The notes below the pieces were generated by a model. That model made no database searches. It was not told the DNA's origin and saw only the letters and a list, made by a program, of their open reading frames with translations. Of a stretch of DNA of 32,360 bases, positions 11,111-24,200 are shown piece by piece. The stretch is from Chiloscyllium plagiosum (lineage: Eukaryota): NCBI RefSeq assembly GCF_004010195.1, contig NC_057760.1, positions 4,190,104-4,222,463 of the forward strand. The letters are read 5' to 3'. The first letter of the stretch is position 1, and every line of letters begins with the position of its first letter. The position numbers and the translations under genes were made by a program.

Positions 11111-12321
11111 GCTTCTGTTGCTTACTACTTCTGATCTTCTATTTAAAGTAAGATCATCTTTCGTTCTTGTAAATTCCAATGTGTATTGGGTCAATCTGTT
11201 CACTCTTTTGTTTCAAGCAAACACCTTGATTACATGAATCAATTGAGGGAACCACCCTTGAGTTGCTTCCAATGTAACAATATTCTTTCTTCAGTGAGGA
11301 GACTAAATCTGGAGTCACGACTCCAGATGTGATCTCACTAAGATCCTTTACAGTGACAGCTGCACTTTTGCAGTCTGCTGTAGGATTTCCACCCAGGTTA
11401 TGCACGGCATTGTTGAAAGATCATAGTCTTTCTCTATTCCACCAGCATAACGGGAGATCTAGTGAAAATGTCATAATGACATAGAAACATACAAACGTAG
11501 AAGATAGGATAAGGAGGAGACCATTTGGCGCCCCGATGCTGCTCCACCATTCAGCACGATCATGGCTGATCATCCAACTGAATCACCTAATCTGCTTTAT
11601 ACCCATAACCTATAGTGCCTTTCATCCCAAGTGTTGTATCCCACTGCACTTGAATACATTTAATGTTTTAGCATCAACTACTTCCTGTGGCGATGAACAC
11701 CACAGGCTCACCAGTTTTTGTGTGAAGAAATGTCTCCACATCACCGTCCTAAATAGTCCATCCAAAATCCTCAGACTGTGACCCCTGGTTCTGATGCACA
11801 AAGCATCGGGATCATCTTCCCTGTATCAACCTGTTCTGGTTATAATTTTAATAACTTCCCCTAAGATTAATTCTCATCCAGCAAAAACAATCTTAACGGC
11901 ATCAATCTCTTCTTATATGTCAATCCTGCCGTCCCCAGAATTAGCCTGGTAAACGTGTGCTGCATTCCTTCGAGAGTAAGAGTGTCCTTCCTCAGAAAAG
12001 CGGACCAAAACTGCACACACTATTCTAGATGTGGCCTCACCAAGGCCCTGTATAACTGAAACAAGACATCCCTGCTCCTGGATTTGAAACTTCTCACAAC
12101 AAAAGCCAACATACCATTTGCCTTCTTTACCGCGTGCTGTACCTGCAAGCTTACCTTCAGCAACTGGTGTACAAGGGCCCCCAGGTCACACTGCACACTC
12201 CCCTCTCCCAATTTACAGCCATTCAGGTAGTAATCTGCCTTCTTGTTTTTGCTTCCAAAGTGAATAAATTCGCATATTTTCAAATTATATCGCATTTGCT
12301 ATTGATTTGCTCTTCTTAACC

Positions 12322-12452
12322 AATTTGATGAAGGGGTCCTGCCCAAAACGTCGATTTTCCTATCCCTCAGATGTTGCCTGACCTGCTGTGCTTTTCCAGC
12401 ACCACTCTAATCTTGACTCTAATCTCCAACATTTGCAGTTCTCACTTTCGCC
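12322..12452 (+). mobile_element. Penelope pLTR-derived short insertion with degenerate HHR
   Basis: TTGATGAAGGGGTCCTGCCCAAAACGTCG..CTCACTTTC; reverse complement of the 21281-21470 type terminus. Confidence 0.8.
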
Positions 12453-13585
12453 TACTCACCCAACCTGTCCAGATCATGCTGAAGCATCTCTGCATCCTCG
12501 TGACAGTTTACCCTCCCACCCACTTTGGTATCATCTGCAAAATTTGAGGGGTTACATTTTTTTCCCTTATCTAAACCATTAATACATATTGTGAATAACT
12601 GTGATCGTAGCACCCATCCCATGACACCCACTGGCTACTGCCTGCCAAATTGAAAAGGACCCATTAATTCCTCTCGTCCAATCAGTTTTCTATCCATCTC
12701 AATACACTTCCGCCAATCCCATCCACTTTAATCTTGCACAATAATCTAATATTCTGGATATTGTCAAAGGCTTTCTGAATGTCCACGTATGCCATATTGA
12801 CTGGCTGCAAACTTGTCAACTCTACTCGTTGTGTCTTTATGTCATTCCAACAGATTTGTCAAGCATGATTTCCCCTTCATAAATCGTTGCTGATTCTGTC
12901 TGATTCTGCCATTGCTTTCTCAATGCTCTACTTTAAAGTCCTTGACAACAGATTCGCAAAAATCCCCCACTATCGATGTTCACCTTACTGGTCTATAATT
13001 CTCTGATTTCTGTCTACCTTCCTTTTTGGAACAATCCACAGACCTATTGCTTTTTCTTGGCTAATCTGTATACTTCTCCCTTGGATTGGATATTCTCTCT
13101 AGTTTCCTTGTAATCTATGGATTGGCTCTCTTACCCATTTTGTTCTGAACCGGAATAAACAGTGGTTTAACCCCCCCCAAGCGTTAATTGAACATTTGTG
13201 ATTGTCTATCCATTGTCGTCCCATTATGTAATACTCCCTAATCTATCAAAACCAACTCGTGTCTCATATATTCCTAGTTTCCTTTATCAAGATCCAGCAC
13301 CCTAGTCTCTGAATTAGTTTTTCTTACTCTCCAACTTTATAAAAATGTCTATCATATTATGCTCCCTTATCCCGAAGGGGTCTTGAACATCTAGATTGGC
13401 AAATATTCCCTTCTGACTAGATAGTACCCAGTCTATGATGACCTGTTCTCGTTGGTTCTTCCACAATGTGGTCAGGAGACCATTCTGTGTACACTCCAAG
13501 AATTCCTCCTCGACGGCATTGGGGATAATTTGATTTTCCCAATCTGTGTACAGCTTAAAATCATCCATGATCACCAAAAATCCCC

Positions 13586-13697
13586 AAAAATCACCAAAAT
13601 TCCCATTCCTGAAGAAGGGCTTATGCCCGAAACGTCGATTGTCCTGTTCCCTGGATGCTGCCTGACCTGCTGCGCTTTTCCAGCAACACATTTTCAG
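13586..13697 (+). mobile_element. Short Penelope pLTR-derived insertion with intact hammerhead core and 11-bp TSD
   Basis: CTGAAGA-a-GGGC-ttat-GCCC-GAAAC at 13609-13633; CAAAAATCCCC at 13575-13585 and 13698-13708. Confidence 0.85.
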
Positions 13698-15329
13698 CAA
13701 AAATCCCCTTATCACCTGCATTTCGAATATCCTATTCCATTCCATTCCCAACATCACCACTGCACTATGCTGGTCTATATTGACACCAAATAATGTTTGT
13801 TTGCCCATGGCGTTTCTCAACTCGAACCATACATACTCCAATGTTGTCAGAGCTATTATTCTTTCTCAGTATTGTGTTAATTTCATCTTTAACGAGCAAT
13901 GGTATTCCACCACATTTTCATTTGTACTTGTTTATCTGTCTTTCCTAAATACTGAATACCCTGAGAAATTCAGTTGCCATTCCTGCTCACCTTGCAGTCA
14001 TGCCTCCCCAATCCTAATTAGATCATACCCGCTTAAATCTGTCTGCGTGATTTGTTCATCCACGTTATTTCGAATGCTTCATGCCTTTAGATGCCAAGTC
14101 TTCAAATTTGTTCCACTGGGAAATTTCCATACTTCTATACAATTCTTTGGTGCATAAAAATATTCACCTGTTCTGTCCGTTACCTTTATAGTTTGGTAAC
14201 GATATGCCACATTGCTAACCAGCACTCTTACTTCTTCCTTTAATTTGGATATTCTAACTTTCCCTATAACTGTAACCCCGCACCACCTATTTATTTTAAG
14301 ACCTGTCTACAGCCCTGGTTATGTGATTCAGTTGGACTCTGGTGCCAGCAAGATTCAGATGAAGACCGCTCCATCCAAACAGATCCCTTCTTCCCCAGTA
14401 TTAGCACCAAAGGCCCGTGAATTCAAAATGATTTCTCTCCCATCAGCCTTTGAGCTATGCATTTACCTGATTAATACTATTGACCTTTTGCCAAATCGTT
14501 CGTTTCTCAGGTAGTAATATAAAGATTCATCCTGTTTTGGTTCTGTCTTTTAATTTAGCTCCTAGCTGTCCATATTAATTTAGCAGAACCTCTGCTCTAA
14601 TTTTATCTGTGCTGTTGGTACTTATGTGAATCAGTCACTGGAACTTTACCCTCCCATTCCAAGTTCACGTTCAGTCCAGATGAGATATCCCGAACCCAAG
14701 CTCCAGGCAGGCCACACAACCTTTGGGACCCTCAAACTTGTTCACAGAGAACAGTCAACCAGCTCTCAAAACATGCAGGAACAATACATCACCTGACTCT
14801 CCATCTTTGTTTTGGATTAGTTTTGGATTTGTAACTTTTTCTTTATCTCTGTGTGTCTTCTAAACCTAAACACACATTGTAACCAATAATTAACAAGGTG
14901 TAATTTAACGCAGACTCATTATTAGCCAATAAATCACAGCTTTCCTGTAATATCACCTTTCAGTTTCCCCTACTGTCAAACCTCAGAACCTTTCCCAGGT
15001 TGTTTTCCGTTTGCTCCTGGTCAGCTTCATTCCCGAAGTGGAGGCTCCAAATCTCCAAGGTCAGTTTTCATATGACTTGCCTTTCAAGGTAGCTCTCCAT
15101 TCACTCTCGTTCAGCTCCATTTCCAGAATGAAGGCCGCAAATCGCCAAGGCAAGTTTTTAACCTTTGAGAAGAACGATAATGATATGGCGAAATTAAGTC
15201 AACGTCGAGATGGGCCCTAACAAATATCTCTCTGGAGACTATGTCACTCAAATTTCACTCAAACTGCTAAAGTGGACTTTAGAAACATCAAGGAGAAACA
15301 AACGTTGATAGGAGTTAAATATCAATGTC

Positions 15330-16200
15330 ATACAGCATGTTATAAAATAGGAAATCAGATATGCAGGTTTGTGGGTACTGCAGTAATGATGGATGAATTC
15401 AAGTTGCTCCTAAGCTGTGTTAACCCAAGTGAATGCTAGTGGTGGGAAAATGGATTTCATGAGCACGTATGAAATGGTTTGCTTTAACAGTATGTTGAGC
15501 ACCAGGCTATAGATCAGAATTTTTTGGAATTAGTTTTGTGTGATCAAAAGATCTGACTGGAAATCTTGTTGTAAAGGAGCCTTTGGGAGCAGTAATCACA
15601 AGATATTGAATGTTGAATGACATCTTATTAGAAAACAGTTTTTAAAAAAAATTATGGTTATGAACTTTACTCATGCAAGCCATGAATGCATGTACGACAG
15701 TTGGCTTTAGTGAATTGGAAAACTACATGTGAAAGATTTGATAGGCAATGTCGTTATTTAGATAAACACTGTAAGATAGACAATATACATCTAACCCTCC
15801 AAGTTGCAAACAACAAAAAGAGAAGGTGATTCAACGATGGTTAACAAAAGAAGTTGAAGTTTCCATTAAATCAGAGGAAGTGGCTTAGAGAAATGCCAGA
15901 TATTGTGGTAAGAGAAATGTAGGACTCAGCAAAGACAGACCAAGAACTAATAAGGAAATCAAAAAGAGAACAAGAATGAAAATTATCAATAAATATAAAA
16001 TTTGTTGAAAAGCCTCTATCGATATGTGAAAGGAAACAAAAGGTCAAATATGAACCAGTGAATGCGTGGACAGGATAATTTATTGTAAAGAATTGAGAAA
16101 TCATGGGGAAACTAAACAGTTACTTTGTCTTCATGGAGTAAGATACTGAAAATCTGTCAGAAATACCAAATAACTATGAAAGTGGTGTAACCACAGACTA
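15330..16200 (+). mobile_element. Decayed CR1 LINE endonuclease/linker region
   Basis: Nucleotide remnants of QYV..P, EPLGSSNH and KLNSYF motifs. Confidence 0.65.
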
Positions 16201-16213
16201 AATCATTGATATA

Positions 16214-16980
16214 CGTAACGGGGTCATAATTGAAATATAGCTGGTTGAAGCACTGATAGGTCTAACGGAGCAGATCTACTTCATCGCAGAAGTTTGGAGG
16301 AAGCAGGAAAAGACACTTTGAATGCATTGGGGATCACTGTATTGCGTTCCTCTCCATTCTGCAAAGGCAGGAAGCCATTTTGGAAACTGGAAAGGTATCA
16401 ACGAAATATGACCATTAGGAAGTGAAGAAGAGGGTGTGAAGACGTTCTGGCCTCTAGAGGTGTATTTTGATCTGATTTTGAAGAAAAGTTGTAATGCAGA
16501 GGTGCTGATCCATGTACAAAAAAACCGACAGAGTAAACAGCTTGTGAGGATGTGTGTTTTATTTTTGAGTTGGAACAATGGAAGCAGCATGAATAAGCGT
16601 GGACATCTCTTATTGATCAGGATTTCTGAGCTTTGGCTGCCCAGAAGCATCAGAAGCTGTTGGGTTCTGTCCAGAGTTGGATCCTTCAGCAAATGTCTCA
16701 TTGCTGCAACTCTCTCTAAATTTTCTCTCCATTTTTTCCCTCCTGGAAGGGAGAAATATATGTGAGAATGATTTTGCATTACTTTCCAAGGCCTATGCTT
16801 AGGTGATGTTAATATAGCGGGACAGTTAATTAGTAATAGTTACTGTACCCGTCATTCCATTAGGTTTCCAGTAGAGTTAAGTTATTCTAACTTCTTTATT
16901 TTATTTGTATTTTAACTCGTATTTAAATAAACTGTATTTTGCTTAACGTCGAGTAGTTTGACCACTCCATTGCCTTTGGA
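16214..16980 (+). mobile_element. Probable LTR-like segment interrupting CR1 sequence
   Basis: Starts (C)GTAACGGGG; non-coding; AATAAA at ~16926; CR1 sequence resumes at 16981. Confidence 0.4.
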
Positions 16981-18320
16981 GTTAAGAAGAATCCTAAAGC
17001 ATTTTATACATACATTAAAAGCAAGAGTATAAGTAGGTGAAGGTAGGGTTTCTCGATGATATGAAAGGGAACTGGTGCTTGGAGACAGATGCTGTCAGCG
17101 AAATTCTAAATGAGTACTTTGCATCTGCAACCAGGAGAAGGACAATGAGAATAGTGTAAGGCACGCTTATAAGCCAGGGCATTTTGAAATCAAGAAAGAA
17201 GTGGTGTTGGATTTCATGAACAGCATAGGATTTATGGACATTTGGAAAACCATGCCCTAATTAGGGACAAGCAGCATGACTTTGTAAGGGGCTGGTCATG
17301 TCTTACTAACTTGATTGACTTTTCCGAGCAGGTGACAAAGGTGGTTATGAGGGTAGAGCATTAGATGTTGTCTATATGTATTTTAGAACGATTTTTAACA
17401 ATATCCCCCATGGTAGGCTTAACCAGAAGCTTCAGATATATGCAATCCTTGATGACTTGGCTGCGTGATTTCAAAATTGGTTTGCATACAAAAGGCAGAT
17501 GGCAGTGGTAGAACTGTATTTTTTCAGGCTGGAGGTCTTTGACCAGTTGGTGTTCCACAGGGATCCATACTGGAACCTCTGTTGTTTGTGATATATACAA
17601 ATGACTTTGATGAAATTGTAAATGTGTGCATTAGAAAGTTGCAGAGGAAACAAACACCAGTCACTGAACGTGTATTGCATGAACAGAAAACAGTGAGGAA
17701 GATAAATGTCGTGTGTACTTCACTTCGAGGAGATTTAAGTACAGGATTTTAGTTATTCTTACTGCAGATGAACAGGGCCTTGGTGAGACCTCATGTCAAA
17801 CATTGTGCAGTTTTGGTTTCCTTATCCATTAAAGGACGAACCTGGCATTGAGGGAGTGCAGCAAATGATAGCCAGACTGATTTCTGGTATGACAGGCTTG
17901 TTTTGTGAGCAGAGTTTGGGTCGATTGGGCCTGAATTCCACGATGGCTAGGAAGACAGGTGGAGATCTCAGTGAAATATATAGAATTCTGACAGGGAGAG
18001 ACAGATTGAAAGCAGAGATTATCATTTCCCTGGCTGGGGCATCCAAAACAAGTGGCCACAGCATTAGGTACAGGTATACCACTCTGCATTGTGATGAGAA
18101 TAAATGGCTGCATTCTGACACTTGTGAAACTGGAGAATTTCCGACCACATCAGGCAGCAGAATTCAAGGCACTGAATATAATTAAGGACTTGTAGCCTCT
18201 AAAGGGTTGGGGAGAGAGCAGGTGTACAGTGTGGACTCAGAAGATCAGCTTTCTTTATACTTAATGGGGAGCAAAATTGATGGACCGAAGGGAAACTGCA
18301 CTTCCTATTTTATATTTCCC
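16981..18320 (+). mobile_element. Decayed CR1 LINE, RT region to 3' tail
   Basis: VKKNPKAFY, QHDFVRGWSCLTNL, GVPQGSILEP and VQFWFPY..GDLSEIYRILTG remnants; tail at ~18270-18318. Confidence 0.85.
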
Positions 18321-19040
18321 AATTGTTAAACACATTAAGGGATTTGTGCATCGTGTGGGAAATGTGCACTAAGGAGATGATTAGACATGAACTAGTTTGG
18401 TTTAATCCCTTAAGACCTCAGAACAGATTAATACAATTATGAGTCCTGCTGGACCATTTCAGAGACCATTGAAGATGCATTTATTAATTGCGTGAATGTC
18501 TGGGATTGCTTTTCGGCCAGACCATGTAAATACGATAGATTAGCTTTCTGAAAATTCTTTGGTGCAGCAAGTTGATACTTACAATCAATATTGGCTTCAA
18601 GAACTGTATTACTGACAACAACAATTCGATCGCAATATTTTATTAATTGTTTTTAACTTTCACCAGCTGTCAGAGCATTAGTCTGGTCTGGATTTAGTAA
18701 TCCAGTGACATTTCCACAAGAACAGCATTTCCACATTTGGACCAATTGGAAATCACAACGAACAGGTTAGTTCTGTGCTGTTTGGCAAAAACCCCACGTT
18801 TCCACCAATGACACTATCTCACTGAGACTTATGACGTGATAATTTGTCAGACTGGAATTAACTTCTGGATAGGGGATTGTACATAGTTGAGCAATTTTCC
18901 ACATTGCCAGGTAGACGTCCGAAATGAAACAGCATCCTCAGCAGCACGGCTTATTGTGCAGCACAAGTTTTCTGCCCTGGTGCAGGAATGGTCGCAGGGC
19001 TCATTGCTTTTTTGATATCTACTGTGCTCAGCTATTTCTT

Positions 19041-19998
19041 TTTTTTTCTCTTTTTTTTTATATATTTTTTTTCTTTTTCCCTACACTACCACCGAAGTGT
19101 GGTAGTGCTTATTTTTTTTCCCCAGCACCCATGGTGTGTGTGTGCAGGTGTGAGACACAGTGAAAGACACAAAGTGCACAAATCTTTATTCAAATTCCAC
19201 CACCAGGAAGATAGGAAAACACCCGGGTGGCCAGTGACAAACACTGCCCTTCACAAAGGACAGTGCTGTGTGATCAAAAACAGTGAAGGGGAGGGTAGGG
19301 ACTAAATCAAAATAGAGTTGGAGGGAGAAATGATGCACTCCACTCTCTGCGGCGCTCACCTCTCCCTGAACTCCTCCAGGGTGTTGGTGGACACCACGTG
19401 CTCCTTCTCCAAGGACACCCGGGCTCTAACGTAACCGCGGAAGAGGGGCAGGCAGTCGGCTCTAACGACCCCCTCCATGGCCCGNNNNNNNNNNNNNNNN
19501 NNNNNNNNNNNNNNNNNNNNNNNNNNNNNNNNNNNNNNNNNNNNNNNNNNNNNNNNNNNNNNNNNNNNNNNNNNNNNNNNNNNNNNNNNNNNNNNNNNNN
19601 NNNNNNNNNNNNNNNNNNNNNNNNNNNNNNNNNNNNNNNNNNNNNNNNNNNNNNNNNNNNNNNNNNNNNNNNNNNNNNNNNNNNNNNNNNNNNNNNNNNN
19701 NNNNAAGGGAACAAAATTAAAATTCCGGAGGTGGCTCAGGTTGTGGGGCACAGGCTCCCGCGGGAAGTATGGGACCTTGGGGCCAATGTGAAATTCCGTC
19801 CGGGCTGGGGTGAGCGCGGACGGGATCCCACCGCACACCTGAGCGTCCTCCAACTGGTGCACTACGTCGGGTCCGAGCACCGCCGTTTTGAGGCGTCGGA
19901 TGGCGGTGGCCACGTACTGGACGTCTACCGCTGCCCTGCCTGCTATGTCCTGCGGCAGCGTCCAGCCCAGGCCCCCGGCACCCAGCACGTCCCCGACC
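19041..19998 (-). mobile_element. Young 5'-truncated Tx1/L1-clade LINE with 14-bp TSD
   Basis: Poly(T) at ~19035-19078 on +; minus ORF ending ..DCLPLFRGYVRARVSLEKEH; CTCAGCTATTTCTT at 19027-19040 and 19999-20012; GC- and CpG-rich. Confidence 0.85.
19485..19704. other. Assembly gap (220 N)
   Basis: Run of n. Confidence 1.
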
Positions 19999-20154
19999 CT
20001 CAGCTATTTCTTGATGTCACATGGAGCAAATCCAGTTGGCTGAAGACTGACATCTGTGATTCTGTGGACATTATGTATCATCAACTCAAAATATCTGGCT
20101 GAGGATGTTGCAGATAATGTATAGCATCAAAGAGTAATACATCATGGAAACAGG

Positions 20155-20985
20155 CTCTTCAGCTGAACGACCAGTCCTCAGTAAAGGCCTTACCTTCATC
20201 ACCCTCAGCTCCCAGATCAACGAATTCAAGACCTGTTGTGACTTCTTCAGCCGACCCTGCCTCTGTGCTTACTTTTTCAATCAAGACTCCTGCCCACCTT
20301 CCAAGGACCCCTTCACCCGCCTCCAACACACCCCAATATTCTGGGCATCCCGTGCCGGTCTGTTACCCACCCTCAACCTCTTCATTTCCAGCTGCTGCTG
20401 GGACACTGGCCACCTGAACCTGTCCACCCCCGTTCACCCACTCCAACCTCTCACGCTCACAATGCTCAGTCCTCCATTCCCTCCGCTCCAACCCCAACCT
20501 CACCATCAAACCAGTGGACAAGGGTGGTGCTGTGGTAGTTTGGTGCACTGACCTCTACACCGCCGAAGCCAGGTGCCAACTTGGGTTCACCTCCTCCTAC
20601 CGCTCCATCAACCACGACCTCACCACCCATTACCAAACCATCGTTTCCCAGACCATATACAACTTCATCACATCAAGGGATCTCCTACACACAGCTTCCA
20701 ACCTCATAGTTCAGGAACCCCACACTGCCTGGTTCTACCTCCTACCCAAGATCCACATGCCTGACTATCATGGCTGACCCATTGTCTCAGCCTGCTCTGC
20801 CCGAATGAATTCATCTCCATATACCTCGATACTGTCCTATCTCCCCTGGTCCAGGATCTTCCCACATAAGTTCGGGATACCACCCATGCCCTCCAGCTCC
20901 TCCAAGACATTTGTTGCCCTCGCACCCAACGCATCAACTTCACAATGGACATCCAGTCCTTTTGCACCTCCATCCGCCATGAACA
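20155..20985 (+). mobile_element. Penelope-like (Neptune-like) RT N-terminal fragment
   Basis: VLSKGLTF, DKGGAVVVW and FYLLPKIH peptides; inverse homologue of ~22990-23820. Confidence 0.88.
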
Positions 20986-21016
20986 ATTTCAGACATTTTA
21001 GTCTTTCAACAATGAA

Positions 21017-21079
21017 GAGAGAGGGAGAGAGACAGAGAGAGAGAAAGAAAGAGGTAGGTAGATAGATAGATAGATAGAC

Positions 21080-21110
<31 letters not shown>

Positions 21111-21112
21111 GA
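21017..21112. repeat. (GA)n plus (GATA)n microsatellite
   Basis: gatagatagatagatagacagatagata... Confidence 0.95.
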
Positions 21113-21116
21113 GAAC

Positions 21117-21185
21117 AGGGGCATAAGTGGTTAGAACTATTGCCTAACAGAGCCAGCGACCGGGGTTTGATTCTGGCATCGTGAT
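21117..21185 (+). mobile_element. tRNA-derived SINE head fragment (HE1-like)
   Basis: AGTGGTTAGAACTATTGCCTAACAGAGCCAGCGACCGGGGTTTGATTCTGG, with degenerate A-box and B-box. Confidence 0.6.
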
Positions 21186-21279
21186 AACCCACAAACCTAT
21201 CAACACGCTTAAATAGAACTAATGAACCAAAAGGATTAATTAAATGTGACCAGCAAAATTAACGTCATTTACAAAATGG

Positions 21280-24200
21280 CGAAAGTGAGGATTGCAGATG
21301 CTGGCGATCAGGGTCAAGATTAGAGTGGTGCTGGAAAAGCACCACAGGTCAGATAGCATTCAAGCTGTGCAGCAGCAGTCTATACAGGGCCCTCCTTTTT
21401 ATATCTTTGAAGGATAGCATTCAAGCAGCAGAAAACTTGACATTTCGGGCAAAAGCCCTTCATCAGGAACAAGGCAGGGACCCTCCAGGGTGGAGAGATA
21501 AATGGGAGGGCGTGAGGCTCGGGGGAGGCGAGCTACGAGTGCAATAGGTGGATCGAGGTGGGGATGCAGATGATAGGTCGGAGAGGAGGGTGGAGTGGAT
21601 AGGTGGGAAGGAAGATTGGCAGGTAGTACAGGTCATGAGGATGGTGCTGAGCTGGCAGGTTGGAACTGGGGTAAAGTTGGGGAAGTGGAAATGAGGAAAC
21701 TGGTGAAGTCCACATTGATGCCCTGGGGTTGAAGTGTTGCAAGGCAGAAGTTGAGGTGCTCTTCCTCCAGGCGTCAGGTGGTGAGGGAGTGGCAGTGGAG
21801 GAGGCCCAGGACCTGCATGTCCTCGGCAGAGTGGGAGGGGGAGTTAAATGTTCGGCCACGGGCAGTGGGGTTGATTGGTGCAGGTGTCCTGGAGATGTTC
21901 TCTGAAGCACTCTGAAAGAAGGCATCCAGTCTCCCCAATGTAAAGGAGACCGCATCGGGAGCATTAGATACAATAAATGTCATTTGTAGATGTGCAGGTG
22001 AAACTTTGATGGATGTGGAAATCTCTTTTGGGGATGGAGGTGAGGGGGAAGGTGTGGGTGCAGGTTTTGCAATTCCTGCGGTGGCAAGAGAAGGTGCCAG
22101 GAGGGGACAGTGAGTTGTTGTGGTGCATGGACCTGACCAGGTAGTTATGGAGGGAATGGTCTTTGCGGAAAGTGGTGGGGCGGGAAATAGATCCCTGGTG
22201 GTGGGGTCCATTTGTAGGTGGCAGAAATGTCGCCGGATGATGTGGTTTATGTGGAGGTTGGTGGGTTGAAGCTGAGGACAAGGGGTGTTCTGTCCTTGTT
22301 GCGGTTGGAGGGGTAGGGTTTGAGAGCAGAGGTTCGGGACGTGGATAAGATGCATTGGAGGGCATCTTCAACCATGTGGGAAGGGAAATTATGATCTTTA
22401 AAGAAGGAAGCCATCTGATGTGTTCTGTAGTGGAAGTGGTCCTACTGGGAGCAGATACGGTAGAGGAGGAGGAATTGGGAACATGGGATAGCATTTTTGC
22501 AGGAGGCAGGGTGGAAAAAGGTGTAATATAGGTAGCTGTGGGAGTCGATGGGTTTGTAAAAAATGTCAGTGTTGAGTCGGTCGTCATTAATGGAAATGGA
22601 GACGTCCAGGAAGGGGTGGGAGGTGTCAGAGATGGTCCAGGTGAATTTAAGGTCGGGGTGGAATGTGTTGGTGAAGTTGATGAACTGTTCAACCTCCTCG
22701 CGGGAGCATGAGGTGGCATTGATGCAGTCATCAACATCAGGAAGACGTGGGGAGCAATGCCGGTGTAAGTACAGAACTTGGACTGTTCTACGTAGCCAAC
22801 AAAGAAACAGGCATAGCTGGGGCCCATACGGGTGCCCATGGCTACCCCTTTGGTCTGGAGGAAGTGGGAGGATTCAAAGGAGAAATTGTTGAGCGTGAGG
22901 ACCAGTTCAGCCAAACAAATGAGAGTGTCGGTGGAAGGGTACTGGTGGGGACGCCGGAAGAGGAAGTAAAGGAGGGCATGGAGGCCCTGGTCATGGTGGA
23001 TGGAGGTGTAGAAGGATTGCATATCCATGGTGAAGATGAGGCGTTGGGGGCTGGGGAAATGGAAGTCTTGGGGGAGGTGGAGGGCATGGATGGTGTCTCG
23101 AACATATGTGGGGACTTCCTGGACTAGGAGGGATAGGACAGTATCGAGGTAGGTGGAGATGAATTTCATGGGCAGGATCAGGCTGAGACAATGGGTTGGC
23201 CGGGGTGGTCAGGCTTGTGGATCTTGGAAAGGAGGTAGAATCGGGTGGTGTGGGGTTCCTGAACAATGAGGTTGGAATCACATAGGTGGGAGATCTCCTG
23301 AGCCGATGAAGTTGTGTATGGTCTGGGAGATGATGGTTTGGTGATGGGGAGGTAAGGTCATGGTCGAGGGGGTGGTAGGAGGAAGTGTCTTTGAGTTGGC
23401 ACTTGGCTTCAGTGTTGTCGAAGTCATTGCACCAAACTACCACTGCACCCCTTCATTCGCTGGTTTGATGGTGAGGTTGCGGTTGGAGAAGAGGGAATGG
23501 AGGACTGCGCGTTCTGAGGGTGAGAGGTTAGAGTGGGGGAGGGGGTAGACAATTGAGGCAGTTAATGTCTCAGCAGCAGTTGGAAATGAAGAGGTTGAGG
23601 GTGGGTAATAGGCTAGCACAGGGTGTCCAGGTGGATGGAGTGTGTTGGAGGCAGGTGCAGAGGTCCTCGGAAGGTGGGCAGGAGTCTTGATTGAAAAGGT
23701 AAGGTCAGAGGTGGAGGCAGTGAAAGAAGTGTTCAACGTCATGACGCATTTAAATTCATTGATGCGTGGATGGAGGGCGATAAAGGTAAGGCCTTTGCTG
23801 AGGACTGATCGTTTGTCCTCAGTGATGGAGAGTTCTGTGGTGGATGATGAAAACTCGGCAGGGTTGTGAGCTAGGACCTGCAGTAGGTGTGGAGCTGGAA
23901 GTGGGAGTGGAGCCTGTAACTGGAGTGGCAGTGGGTGGCAGGGGAATGGGGGGAGTCATCAGCAGGGGTGATGTTCCCCTCAGGGTTCTGGAGGGTGGAG
24001 ATTGTGACAGTGGGATCCGTGGGTGGTGTGTCAGCAGTATGCAAGTGATTGGCGTTGGTGGGGCGGAAGTGGTGGCGAACATGGACGTGAAGGGCGGAAA
24101 TGATATCACGCGTGGTGCATGCAAAATCATTAAGTGTGGAAGTGGCTACGGAAGAGGCCATGATGGGGGCGGACGTGATGCCACCGATCGCTGTGGGGAT

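Larger units (their letters stand above)
11480..15160 (-). mobile_element. Long, internally deleted CR1 LINE (3' tail to probable ORF1/5' UTR) with two Penelope-pLTR inserts
   Basis: Tail at 11480-11580; peptides CEFIHFGSKN..DLGALVH..LYRALVRPHLE (12020-12295) and VWFELRN..DWVLS..EHNMI (13314-13841); 5' boundary uncertain. Confidence 0.8.

Noticed and set aside
16276..16779. 167-aa minus ORF
   Set aside because: No recognisable domain; lies in an LTR-like non-coding segment
21117..21185. tRNA gene
   Set aside because: No complete cloverleaf; fits a degenerate SINE head
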